A stretch of DNA of 248,000 bases, from contig NZ_JMCB01000002.1 of NCBI RefSeq assembly GCF_000737315.1, positions 268,001-516,000 on the forward strand, in the 5' to 3' direction. The translations under genes were made by a program, and so were the position numbers. Below the pieces are notes generated by a model. It saw nothing but the letters and a program-made list of their open reading frames with translations, was not told the DNA's origin and ran no database searches. Shown here piece by piece: positions 20,085 through 29,482 of this stretch (position 1 is the stretch's first letter; each line of letters starts with the position of its first letter). This DNA comes from Hyalangium minutum (lineage in GTDB: Bacteria; Myxococcota; Myxococcia; Myxococcales; Myxococcaceae).

Positions 20085-21989
20085 CTACGAGATGCGGTAG
20101 CTGCGCGCCACCTGCTGCATCTGCTCGGACACCTCTTGCAGCGCGTGCGTGGCCTTGGTGGTGGCCTGCAGGCTGAGCACCGTCTCGTTCATCATCGCGG
20201 ACAGGTCCGTCACCGCGCCGAAGATCTGCGCGATGCCCGCGTTCTGCTGGCTCACCGAGGCGGCGATCTGCCGCACCGCCGCCGAGTTGTCCTGGGTGAT
20301 GGTGGTCAGCTCCCGGAGGTTGCTGCCGCTGGCGCGCACCTGCTCCAGGCCCTCTTCCATGCGCATGTAGCCCAGCTCTGTCATCTTCGCCGCCGAGAGC
20401 ATGGCCTGGCTGATGTCGCCGAGGATGTCCCGCACGCGCTCGGTGGCCTGGATGGACTGATCCGCCAGCGAGCGGATCTCCCGCGCCACCACCGAGAAGC
20501 CCTTGCCGTGCTCTCCGCTGCGCACCGCCTCGATGGCCGCGTTGAGCGCCAGCATGTTGGACTGATCCGCCAGCTCTTTCACCGTCTGCGTAATCCCGCC
20601 GATCTGCTGGCTGCGCTCGCTGAGCTGGGCGATTCGCAGGGCCATCTGCTCCACCTGGACGCGCAGCTCCTCGAAGCCTCCCAGGCCTCCGGCGAGCGCG
20701 GCCTCGCCCAGGCGGCCCACCTCCTCGGCGCGCTCGGCCACGTTCAGCACCATGTCCGCCTTCTCCGCGGCCACCAGCGAGGACTGCCGGATCTCCTGCG
20801 CCGTCACCTGCGTCTGCTGGAGCGCGGCGGCCTGGCGGGCGATGTTCCGCTCCTGCTGGCGGTTGGCCTGCTGCAACTCGGACACGGTGTCCTTGAGCAC
20901 TCGCATGCCGTGCTGGAGTCCCGCCGTCGTCCCGCGCAGGTGCTCCACCATCTTCGCGAAGGCGTTCGCCAGGTCTCCCACCTCATCCCTCCGGTGGCTC
21001 GACGGCAGCGGCACGGTCAAGTCCCCCTGCTGGACGATGCGGGCCACCATCTCGCTCAAGGCGCGCAGGGGGCGGGTGATGCGCCGGGCCAACAGGAAAG
21101 AGCCCCCCGCCGCCACCGCCGCGAATACCGCCGCCAGCCCAATTCCCAGCACATCCGCCCGGGTCAGCATGCGGTACGCCTCGGAGGGATCCACGCTGGC
21201 CACGAACCGCCAGCCGTCTCCCACGTCCCGGAGCTCGGTGCCGTTGGTCACCTCGACGGTCACCAGCCTCACTCCCTGGCGGGCGGCCCCGGCCTTCGAG
21301 TTGAAGAGCAGCGTGCCGTCTGGCCGCCGCACCTCGAGCGCGAAGCTGCTCTGGGCGCGCCTCCGGGCGCGGGCCAGCGCGGGCTCTACCACCTTGCCGA
21401 GCCGCTCCCAGTCATACGCGGCCAGCAGCACGCCGAGCTTGCGGGGCTCGGTGACACCGTAGACGGGCAGGGCCAGGGGCAGCACCCGCCCATGGAAGGC
21501 CGCATCCTCCGCGGCCGTGAACCCCTCGCTCGTCACCTGCTCCTCCTGGGCGGAGCGGAACCACGGGGTGGCGAGCACCTTCAGCTCGCGGCCCTCGAAG
21601 GCGGCGCGCAGCTCGGGAGGACTGGAGGCGATGGCCTGGCCTTCCACGTTGAAGAGCACCAGCCCTCGGAAGGTGGGCGAGCGGCGCAGGAAGGAAGCGA
21701 GCTCCAGGTCGCTCCGGGCGGAGTCGTTGCGCTCCATCGCCTCGCGCAGGGCGTGATCCTCCGTCCAGGTGCGCACGTCCGCCTCGCGCTCCACCAGCGT
21801 GGCTTCGATGAGATCCTTGAGGCCCGCCGCCTCTCGCTCCAGGGAGTCCTGGACCTGCTGCTTCATCCACCGATGGAACTCGGTGGACTCGATCCAGGCA
21901 AAGGCGAGCAGTGGCACCGCGGCTACCAGGCTGCAGTAGAGCGTCAGGTGCCCGCGTAGCTTGAGGGTGCCAAGGTGAGGGAGTTTCAT
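20085..21989 (-). CDS. Methyl-accepting chemotaxis protein
   Basis: Two TM segments, HAMP, QSNMLALNAAIEA.RSGEHGKGFSVVAREIR. Confidence 0.92.
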   Translation of the reverse strand: MKLPHLGTLKLRGHLTLYCSLVAAVPLLAFAWIESTEFHRWMKQQVQDSLEREAAGLKDLIEATLVEREADVRTWTEDHALREAMERNDSARSDLELASFLRRSPTFRGLVLFNVEGQAIASSPPELRAAFEGRELKVLATPWFRSAQEEQVTSEGFTAAEDAAFHGRVLPLALPVYGVTEPRKLGVLLAAYDWERLGKVVEPALARARRRAQSSFALEVRRPDGTLLFNSKAGAARQGVRLVTVEVTNGTELRDVGDGWRFVASVDPSEAYRMLTRADVLGIGLAAVFAAVAAGGSFLLARRITRPLRALSEMVARIVQQGDLTVPLPSSHRRDEVGDLANAFAKMVEHLRGTTAGLQHGMRVLKDTVSELQQANRQQERNIARQAAALQQTQVTAQEIRQSSLVAAEKADMVLNVAERAEEVGRLGEAALAGGLGGFEELRVQVEQMALRIAQLSERSQQIGGITQTVKELADQSNMLALNAAIEAVRSGEHGKGFSVVAREIRSLADQSIQATERVRDILGDISQAMLSAAKMTELGYMRMEEGLEQVRASGSNLRELTTITQDNSAAVRQIAASVSQQNAGIAQIFGAVTDLSAMMNETVLSLQATTKATHALQEVSEQMQQVARSYRIS

Positions 21990-22098
21990 GGTGCTCAGGC
22001 GCGGGGGGCGGTGGCAGGTCCGCCCCCGGCATGGGTCCGGGACTCCACGTGGAGCCCCGGAGCGTAGCAGAGCCCAGGTCTCTCCCTGCTAGCCCTCC

Positions 22099-22533
22099 CT
22101 AGATTACAGGAACGCGGTTGGGCAGCTCGCGGGCCGGCACGTTGGAGTAGTCCGCATCCAGATCCAGCACCAACCTCTGCAGGACGCGCTTGCTCAATGC
22201 CTTGCGCAGCCGGCCGAGGAAGGTGGGAGGAGCCGCGATAATCAGGCGCTCGAAGGTATGACTGTCCACCCCGCGCTCCAGGCGGCCGGCCAACTCCCGG
22301 GCGAACCGTTCGTGCTCCAGCTCTTGCCGCGCATCCGGCTCTGTCTCTTCATTCGGGCCGTGGAGGGTGCCTCCGTTGGGATTGTCCCGCTGCTCCTTCA
22401 AGTCCCCGTTGTGCGCGCGGCTCTCGTCGTGGCGGAACTCCTCCCGGAGCTGCCAGTCATCGCCACGCTCATCCGCCGAGAACAGCCGCATGCGGCTCGC
22501 GTTGCCCACCAGAATCCAGAGCTTGTCTGCCAT
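22099..22533 (-). CDS. Host attachment protein / baeRF12-like
   Basis: WILVGNASRMRLF; LIIAAPPTFLGRLR. Confidence 0.75.
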   Translation of the reverse strand: MADKLWILVGNASRMRLFSADERGDDWQLREEFRHDESRAHNGDLKEQRDNPNGGTLHGPNEETEPDARQELEHERFARELAGRLERGVDSHTFERLIIAAPPTFLGRLRKALSKRVLQRLVLDLDADYSNVPARELPNRVPVI

Positions 22534-22711
22534 TCGTCTTCCTCCCTTGTAAGGGAGGGATGCGGAGCGTGGGCGCGCCCGGCAAGCTTGCGGGCGATGG
22601 CGGTGCGTGTGTCGGGTGCCGGGGGAGCGACCACACGGGGCCTTTTCCCTGATGGGCTGCCTGGCGTATGCCCAAGGGACCGGGGGCATGGGCCTTGCCG
22701 GGGGAGGGCGC

Positions 22712-23875
22712 ATGAGCGAGCTGAGTGAGGCAGCGGCCGCTTGGTTGTCGGGCCGGCTGGGGGAGATGGAGGAGGCGCTGGCGGCACTGGTCGAGGTGAA
22801 CTCCTTCACGGAGAACCCCGAGGGAGGCCGCAAGGTCGGTGCGCTCCTGCGGGACGTGCTGGCCCTGCCGGGCCTCTTCGCGGAGGTGGTGTTCAGCCGC
22901 CGGTATGCGGATCACCTCGTGTTCCGCTCTCGCGGTAAGGAGGGGGTGGCGCCCATCGCTTTGGTGGGACACCTGGATACCGTCTTCCCGCCGGGCAAGT
23001 TCGAGGGCTACCGGAAGGATGGCGCGCTGCGCCGGGGCCCCGGGGTGCTGGACATGAAGGGCGGGCTCGTCGTCATCGCCTGGGCCCTCAAGGCGCTGGC
23101 CGCCTCGGGAGGTCTGGACGCGATTCCACCGCTGCGGGTGGTGGTGGTGTCCGACGAGGAGGTGGGCTCGCCCGAGGGGGCGAATGTGATCCGCAACGCC
23201 ATTGGCGGCGCCCAGGCCTGCCTCGTCTTCGAGTCCGGCCGGATGGGAGACGCCATCATCACCCGGCGCAAGGGCACCGGTGCGGTGAAGGCCATCGCAC
23301 ATGGCCGGGCCGCCCACGCGGGCAATGCCCACCAGGAGGGGGCCAATGCGCTGTGGGCCCTGGCTCGGTTCATTGATGGGGTGCAGCAGCTGACGGACTA
23401 CCCACGAGGTTTGACCGTCAATGTGGGCCGGGTGGTGGGAGGGCAGGGGAAGAACACGGTGCCGGACCAGGCCGAGGCGGATGTGGACCTGCGCTTCTGT
23501 ACGCGCAAGGAGGGCGAGGAGCTGCTGCAGCGCTTCCACGAGGCCGGGGCCCAGGCCGCCGCAGGTATTCCCGGCACGCGCATCGAGCTGACCGGGGGGG
23601 TATCCCGCGAGCCGCTGGAGCGCTCCGAGGCGTCCGCGGCGCTGATGGGGGCGTATGGGGCCTGCGCCCACGTCTCCGGCCTGGGCACTGCCGAGGCCCC
23701 GCTGATCGGCGGAGGCTCGGATGCCAGCACCTCGTCCGGGATGGGGATCCCCTCCATTGATGGGCTGGGCCCCCGGGGCAAGGGCTTCCACACCGTGGAG
23801 GAGTACATCGAGGTGGATACTTTGATCCCCAAGGCGCAAGCCCTGGCGCGCTTCCTGGCCTCGCGAGGTGCATAA
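22712..23875 (+). CDS. M20 family peptidase (glutamate carboxypeptidase-like)
   Basis: GHLDTV, GVLDMKGG, DEEVGS, GGSD. Confidence 0.9.
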   Translation: MSELSEAAAAWLSGRLGEMEEALAALVEVNSFTENPEGGRKVGALLRDVLALPGLFAEVVFSRRYADHLVFRSRGKEGVAPIALVGHLDTVFPPGKFEGYRKDGALRRGPGVLDMKGGLVVIAWALKALAASGGLDAIPPLRVVVVSDEEVGSPEGANVIRNAIGGAQACLVFESGRMGDAIITRRKGTGAVKAIAHGRAAHAGNAHQEGANALWALARFIDGVQQLTDYPRGLTVNVGRVVGGQGKNTVPDQAEADVDLRFCTRKEGEELLQRFHEAGAQAAAGIPGTRIELTGGVSREPLERSEASAALMGAYGACAHVSGLGTAEAPLIGGGSDASTSSGMGIPSIDGLGPRGKGFHTVEEYIEVDTLIPKAQALARFLASRGA

Positions 23876-23927
23876 CCTGCCCGTTGGGTAATTCCTTGGA
23901 AGGGCGCGGCGGGGTAGAACAGAGGGC

Positions 23928-25169
23928 ATGCGTACCTCCGGCGTCCCTCTCCTCGCCCTGCTCGTGCTCGCACTGGCCGCCCCCCCCGCCCTCGCTCAGC
24001 AAGACCAGGGTGGGATGGGATTGGATCTCTCGGGAGGTGACACCTCCCAGGAGCAAGACACCTCCACCGGGGAGGAGCAGCCCGGACCCATCGGCCTGGA
24101 CCTGAGCGGAGACACCGCCGGCGCGGAGTTGCTGCCGCGCGTGGTGCTGCTGGGGCTCGACACGCCGGAGCGGGCCGGGGCGGCGCTGGCGCCTCGCTGG
24201 CTGAAGGCGCTCTACGTCGCCGTCCGGACCAACGACAAGTGGGTGCTGACCGCTCCGCTGAAAGAGGTGCGCGAGAAGCTGGGGAACGACTACGCGGCGG
24301 CGCTGCGCTGCGGGGAGGCCTCGTGCATGGCCGGGCCCGCGGAGTCGCTCGAGGCGGACCTGCTCGTCACCACGCGCCTGGCGCTGGAGGATGACGGGTG
24401 GACGCTGCGGCTGTGGGTCTTCGATCGGGACCACAACAAGGTGGAGACGGACTCCGTGTCGGGCCGCTCGCCGAGGGATGCGAAGTTCCAGAAGGCGGGC
24501 GCCGATCTGCTGGCGCGCAAAGTCCGGGAGCTGGCCAAGCCGCGCGCCATCCTCCAGGTGAAGGTGAACGTGCCGCAGGCGGTGGTGCGCCTGGGCGACA
24601 GGACGCTGGGCGTGGGCAACGTCGAGGCGCGCGTGGCGCCGGGCGAGGTCAACCTCATCGTCGAGGCGGATGAAATGGCCCCGTACTCGAAGACCCTCAC
24701 CCTCAAGCCGGGCGAGAAGAACCCGGTGAGCGTCTACCTGGAGGCGTCGGGTCCGGCGCCGGACAGCCCCACGGAGGTGGCTGCGGGAGCGACGAAGAGG
24801 AACGAGGGGTCCTCGAAGTCCACCGTGTTCCGCCGGCCCGCGCTCTACACGATGGTGCTGGGCGTGATTGCGATGGGGGCGGGCGTCATGGTGGGGATGC
24901 AGGCCAAGAAGATCGCCGACCGGGCCCCGGATGCGGATGGCAACGGCATCGCGGACATCACCCGGGCCGAGCGCCTGCAGGGGCGTGACAAGGCCAACCT
25001 CTCCACGGCCCTGGTCAGCGGAGGCGCCGCGGTGGCGGGTGCCAGCGCGCTGTGGCTCTTCATCATGCCCACCCGGAGTGAGCCCGCGAAGGGAACTCCG
25101 AGCGTGGTTTCCGGCACTACCCCTGGCGCCAGCACCTCGATCCATCTCCTCGTTGGCGGAAGCTTCTGA
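23928..25169 (+). CDS. PEGA-domain exported protein
   Basis: Signal peptide; PEGA-like beta segment; C-terminal hydrophobic helices. Confidence 0.65.
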   Translation: MRTSGVPLLALLVLALAAPPALAQQDQGGMGLDLSGGDTSQEQDTSTGEEQPGPIGLDLSGDTAGAELLPRVVLLGLDTPERAGAALAPRWLKALYVAVRTNDKWVLTAPLKEVREKLGNDYAAALRCGEASCMAGPAESLEADLLVTTRLALEDDGWTLRLWVFDRDHNKVETDSVSGRSPRDAKFQKAGADLLARKVRELAKPRAILQVKVNVPQAVVRLGDRTLGVGNVEARVAPGEVNLIVEADEMAPYSKTLTLKPGEKNPVSVYLEASGPAPDSPTEVAAGATKRNEGSSKSTVFRRPALYTMVLGVIAMGAGVMVGMQAKKIADRAPDADGNGIADITRAERLQGRDKANLSTALVSGGAAVAGASALWLFIMPTRSEPAKGTPSVVSGTTPGASTSIHLLVGGSF

Positions 25170-25171
25170 TC

Positions 25172-25432
25172 ATGAAGGCTACATATCTCTCCCTGGCCCT
25201 GGTGCTGTGCGGCGTGTTGTTCGGCACCACCTCGGGCTGTGCCGTCGACTTCCCGGATGAGCTGCCCTACGCCTGCGAGGATGCCTCGGACTGCGGTGGG
25301 GCTCCGCACGTGTGCGTGTCGCTGGCGGACGGACGCAAGTACTGCTGCAAGCCCGAGCCGGAGCAGTGCAACAAGCTGGACGACGACTGTAATGGCGTGG
25401 TGGACGATGTGAGCGACGGCCCCTGCCGCTAG
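25172..25432 (+). CDS. Small Cys-rich lipoprotein
   Basis: Lipobox-like TSGC; CN.LDDDCNG motif. Confidence 0.65.
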   Translation: MKATYLSLALVLCGVLFGTTSGCAVDFPDELPYACEDASDCGGAPHVCVSLADGRKYCCKPEPEQCNKLDDDCNGVVDDVSDGPCR

Positions 25433-25631
25433 GGCTCGGAGTCGACGCGCCCGCGTGGGTGGGTGTGTTCCACGGGCGCCGAGCCATCGGCCTGAGCCCC
25501 GGGTGAAATGTCCATGCCGGGCATGTAGGTGTCTGACGGAGGACGCTCGGGGCGCACTATTTCCTCTCCATGAGAAATTGGAGTGCTGATCGGGTTGCCG
25601 GATCGCCCAACCGTGGCGATTTTAGCCTCCC

Positions 25632-27089
25632 ATGGGTGGCGAAGACCCTATTGCGCAGACCGTGTTGTCCAGCGTGGCCTCCCCAGGTGACGCGATGCGG
25701 AGCGTTCAAGAAGCCCAGGCAGGTGAAGTGCTGGGCAATTACCAGCTCGAGCGGCTCCTGGGCGAAGGCTCCATGGGGCAGGTCTTCCAAGCCCGCCATG
25801 TGCGGCTGGGACGGCAGGTGGCGCTCAAGGTGCTCCGCCCTCAGCACGCCCGGGACATCAGCTTCGTCCGGCGCTTCTTCCAGGAGGCCCGCTCCGTCAA
25901 CCAGATCAACCACGAGCACATCGTGGAGATCTTCGACTTCGTCGAGGACCTGGAGCGCGGCCACGTCTACTGCGTGATGGAGCTGCTGCGAGGCCAGAGC
26001 CTCGCGGAGGTCATGAAGGAGCAGCCGCTGACGCTGGAGCGCATCCAGCGCATCGGCGTGCAGGTGTGCGCGGCGCTCGGTGCGGCCCACAGGCTCGGGG
26101 TGGTGCACCGGGATGTGAAGCCGGACAACCTCTTCGTCATGAACCGCGGGGGCCAGAAGGACTTCGTGAAGGTGCTGGACTTCGGCGTGGCGAAGATCCT
26201 CACCTCCGAGGGCACTGGCAACACCCTCGACGGCACCATCATCGGTACGCCCACGTACATGGCGCCCGAGCAGGCCGCAGGCCTGCCGGTGGATCAGCGC
26301 GCCGACATCTACGCGGTGGGCAACCTCCTCTACGAGATGCTGGCAGGGCGGCCGCCGTTCCAGGCCCCTGCGTTCGGCCAGCTCGTGGTGCAGATCATCA
26401 CCCAGGCGCCACCGCCGCTGCCCGAGCGGCTGGCCTCGGGTGAGCTGATGCCCCGGGCGCTGGCGGAGCTGGTGCTGCGCTGCCTGGCCAAGGAGCCCGA
26501 GGCCCGGCCGCAGTCGCTCGAAGAGGTGACGACGGCGCTGCTGACGCTGACGGCGAAGGCGTCCCTTGCTCCCCTCGACGACGAGGAGGAGGACATCCCC
26601 ACCCAGCGCACGCGGATGCCGGAGCTGTGGTGGCTGCGCCCGCGCCTGCCCCTCCTGGTGGGCAGCATGGCTGTGGCGATGCTGGCCGGCGCGCTCACGT
26701 GGAGAGCCCTGGATCGGGTGTTGCACAAGGACGAGGTGCCCGTGGCGGCCCTGGCCTCGGAGGCCCCAGCCCCGGTGGCGCTGGCCCCGGTGACACTCAC
26801 GGTGCGCACGGTGCCTGCGGGTGCGAAGGTGGTCCGCGCGGACACGGGAGAGGCGCTCGGCGTCACGCCACTGGTGAAGGAGCTGCCGCGCTCGCAGGCC
26901 CCGCTGGGGCTGCGCGTGGAGCTGGCGGGCTATGTGTCCCTGGAGCGCGAGGTGCGGTTGGACTCGCCCTCTGTCATCGAAGTTCCCCTGGCCAAGGCGA
27001 AGCCGACTCCCTCGGCTCCCACTTCGGTCAAGGCAGCCCCGCGCAAGGAGGTGAAGCGCGATGAGCTCATCGATCCGTTCGCGCAGTGA
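25632..27089 (+). CDS. Ser/Thr protein kinase with TM segment and PEGA-like C-terminus
   Basis: GEGSMG, VALK, HRDVKPDN, DFG, APE. Confidence 0.93.
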   Translation: MGGEDPIAQTVLSSVASPGDAMRSVQEAQAGEVLGNYQLERLLGEGSMGQVFQARHVRLGRQVALKVLRPQHARDISFVRRFFQEARSVNQINHEHIVEIFDFVEDLERGHVYCVMELLRGQSLAEVMKEQPLTLERIQRIGVQVCAALGAAHRLGVVHRDVKPDNLFVMNRGGQKDFVKVLDFGVAKILTSEGTGNTLDGTIIGTPTYMAPEQAAGLPVDQRADIYAVGNLLYEMLAGRPPFQAPAFGQLVVQIITQAPPPLPERLASGELMPRALAELVLRCLAKEPEARPQSLEEVTTALLTLTAKASLAPLDDEEEDIPTQRTRMPELWWLRPRLPLLVGSMAVAMLAGALTWRALDRVLHKDEVPVAALASEAPAPVALAPVTLTVRTVPAGAKVVRADTGEALGVTPLVKELPRSQAPLGLRVELAGYVSLEREVRLDSPSVIEVPLAKAKPTPSAPTSVKAAPRKEVKRDELIDPFAQ

Positions 27090-27804
27090 GCGCTGGTGGT
27101 TGGCCACCCTGCTGGCCGCGCTGTGCACGCTGGTGCCGGGGCCCGCGGTGGGTGCCGAGCTCACCAGCGAGGCCAAGGCGCAGGCACGCGTGAAGTTCAG
27201 CGAGGGCAACGCCGCCTATGAGCAGAGCAAGTTCCGCGAGGCGCTGAAGTTCTTCGAGGCTGCCTACGAGTTGGCACCGCTGCCGGGCTTCCTCTTCAAC
27301 GTGGCGCAGTGCCACCGGCAGCTCGGAAATTTCTCCCAGGCGGCCTCCGCCTACCGGCGCTACCTGTCCCTCTCCGAGAAGGAGCCCGCCAACGCGGCGA
27401 TGGTGAAGGATCTGATCGCGGAGATGGACTCCAAGGCCCGGCAGCAGACCGCGAGCCGCGCCGCGGCCGGCAAGTCCGTGGCCAGCGCGAAGGCCACGCC
27501 GAAGGATCGCCCCGAGGCTGCTTCCGCCAAGTCGGCCGAGCTGCGCGATGGAGTGAAGCCCGCCGCGGCAAAGAGGCCGCTGGATATCCGCCCGTCCCGC
27601 TCGATGGTGGTGGAGCAGAACACCCTGCCTCCCGCCGCGATGCCCAGCGCTCCGGCTCCGGAGGTCCAGCAGCCGGTGACTCGCAAGTGGTGGCTGTGGG
27701 CGGGAGTGGGAGCGGCGACGGCGCTCGTGGCGGGAGGCGTCATCTACGCCGTCACCGCGCCCGAGCCGCGGCCGGCCACTCTGGGGACCATTCCCGGGCG
27801 GTAG
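27061..27804 (+). CDS. TPR-containing exported protein
   Basis: TPR-like helices, FLFNVAQCHR; C-terminal TM. Confidence 0.7.
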   Translation: MSSSIRSRSERWWLATLLAALCTLVPGPAVGAELTSEAKAQARVKFSEGNAAYEQSKFREALKFFEAAYELAPLPGFLFNVAQCHRQLGNFSQAASAYRRYLSLSEKEPANAAMVKDLIAEMDSKARQQTASRAAAGKSVASAKATPKDRPEAASAKSAELRDGVKPAAAKRPLDIRPSRSMVVEQNTLPPAAMPSAPAPEVQQPVTRKWWLWAGVGAATALVAGGVIYAVTAPEPRPATLGTIPGR

Positions 27805-27857
27805 GCCCGGGCTGCTTGCGAGGAGGGCTCCTCGCGAGGCCCTCCCTGGCTTTGCGG

Positions 27858-28403
27858 CTACGTGGCTTGCGCGCTCTCGGCCTTGGCGGTGAGGCTGGCG
27901 CCGAGCCGGTCGATGCGGGAGTAGAAGCCGGCCGCGTCATAGAAGGTCAGCCGCACGTCTCCCAGCTCGAGCCGCGCACCGGGCACGAGCGGCACGGGGT
28001 GGCCGGGCTTCAGCTCCACGCCGTCGAGCTTCACGGGGCTGGACTTGGACACGGCCTCGACCATCCACTGCCCATACGGACCGGTGCGCAGCACCAGGTG
28101 CTCGCGCGAGACGGTGGCGTCATTGATGACGAAAGCGTTGTGCGAGGCCCGCCCCAGCGGCAGCACGTTCTCCGTCTCGTTGAGGGCCACCAGCTCGAAG
28201 CAGAGCGCATCGCCTGCGGGCAGGCAGTCGCGCAGATCCGACACGGGCAGCTGGGTGGCCGCGATGTTCTGGCGGCCCGTCTCGGGCACATTCCACGCGC
28301 CAGCCTCCCAGACGAGCCAGGAGTGAGGATAACGGGCCCGGAACTTCTCTTTCAGCACCAGATGCTGACGGACCAAGAGGGAGAGCAACAGGGATCGCGC
28401 CAT
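27858..28403 (-). CDS. FHA domain protein
   Basis: LGRASH..INDATVSREH. Confidence 0.85.
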   Translation of the reverse strand: MARSLLLSLLVRQHLVLKEKFRARYPHSWLVWEAGAWNVPETGRQNIAATQLPVSDLRDCLPAGDALCFELVALNETENVLPLGRASHNAFVINDATVSREHLVLRTGPYGQWMVEAVSKSSPVKLDGVELKPGHPVPLVPGARLELGDVRLTFYDAAGFYSRIDRLGASLTAKAESAQAT

Positions 28404-28540
28404 GGAGGAATGGTAAGCACCGGCCCCCACTTTCTCGCAGGTGCCCAGAAGATCAGGTGTCCACGAATGTTCGAAAAGCGGCCAGCGGATGCCTGGCTTG
28501 CTGAACCTTCGGGTAGGTCAGCGTGGGGAACCGCACAAAG

Positions 28541-29461
28541 CTATAGCTTGCGAGCAATGGCATGGGCAAGGCGCTCGGGGGCCGAGGGATCCAAGCTGAG
28601 GAAGAGACTGGGCTCGGTGGCCTCGAGCTCTTGGAGGCGGGTGCAGCCCTCGTTGTCGGTGGCTACATCCACGCGGGCGTAGAGCAGGGGCTGGCCCACG
28701 GCGGCAAGCACGTCCTCGGCCAGCCGCAGCTCTTCGGGGATGGGCTCGAAGAGGTGGGGCTGCGGGAAGCCCCGGGGCGACTCCTTGAGTCCCGGTGGCC
28801 GGCGCACGGCATGGCTGAAGGCGCCGTCGAAGAAGAGGTAGGCGCGCTCGCCCTCGGTCTCGAAGCGGGTGAGGTAGGGCTGCACCATCACCTCGCCTTC
28901 GGCGGCCAGCTGGTCCAGCATGGGCTGGGCGGCCTCGAGCTCGGAGCGGTGGAAGCGGTAGGTCTTCAGCGCCCCAGCGGAGACCGTGGGCTTGAGCACC
29001 ACGGTGTCCCAGCCTCGCTCGCGCATCACGGAGTCGAGTGACACGGTGCCCCGGTGCGGAACCCAGACAGTGGGAGTGAAGGGGATGCCCTTCGCCTCCA
29101 GCTCGCGCAGGTAGGCCTTGTGCGTGTTCCAGCGGAGGATGTCCGGCGGGTTGTGGAGGCGGGTGAGCTTGCCCGCCTTGGAGGCCCAGGCGACGAAAGC
29201 GTCCCGGCGCAGGTGGCTGTCCCAGGTGGTGCGAATCACCGCGACCTGAGGGGTGCGCCAGTCCATGGCGGGGTCGTCCCAGATGCACGGGCGCGCGTCG
29301 AGCCCCAGCGCGGTGAGGGCAGAGAGGAGGGGCGCATCGTAGGCGTCGAGCTGCGGCAGACCGGAGTAGGTGACGATGGCGACGTCCAAGAGATGGGTCT
29401 CCAAGGCTCGGCGAGGGAAGGGCGCCTCTTCATCATCCGGCCGAGGGAGCTGTCCACCCAC
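28541..29461 (-). CDS. ATP-grasp protein (RimK/glutathione synthetase-like); start uncertain
   Basis: WNTHKAYL, VLKP, MVQPY, YARVD, ELEATEP. Confidence 0.8.
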   Translation of the reverse strand: MGGQLPRPDDEEAPFPRRALETHLLDVAIVTYSGLPQLDAYDAPLLSALTALGLDARPCIWDDPAMDWRTPQVAVIRTTWDSHLRRDAFVAWASKAGKLTRLHNPPDILRWNTHKAYLRELEAKGIPFTPTVWVPHRGTVSLDSVMRERGWDTVVLKPTVSAGALKTYRFHRSELEAAQPMLDQLAAEGEVMVQPYLTRFETEGERAYLFFDGAFSHAVRRPPGLKESPRGFPQPHLFEPIPEELRLAEDVLAAVGQPLLYARVDVATDNEGCTRLQELEATEPSLFLSLDPSAPERLAHAIARKL

Positions 29462-29482
29462 GGGGGGTGCGAGTGGGAGGGC

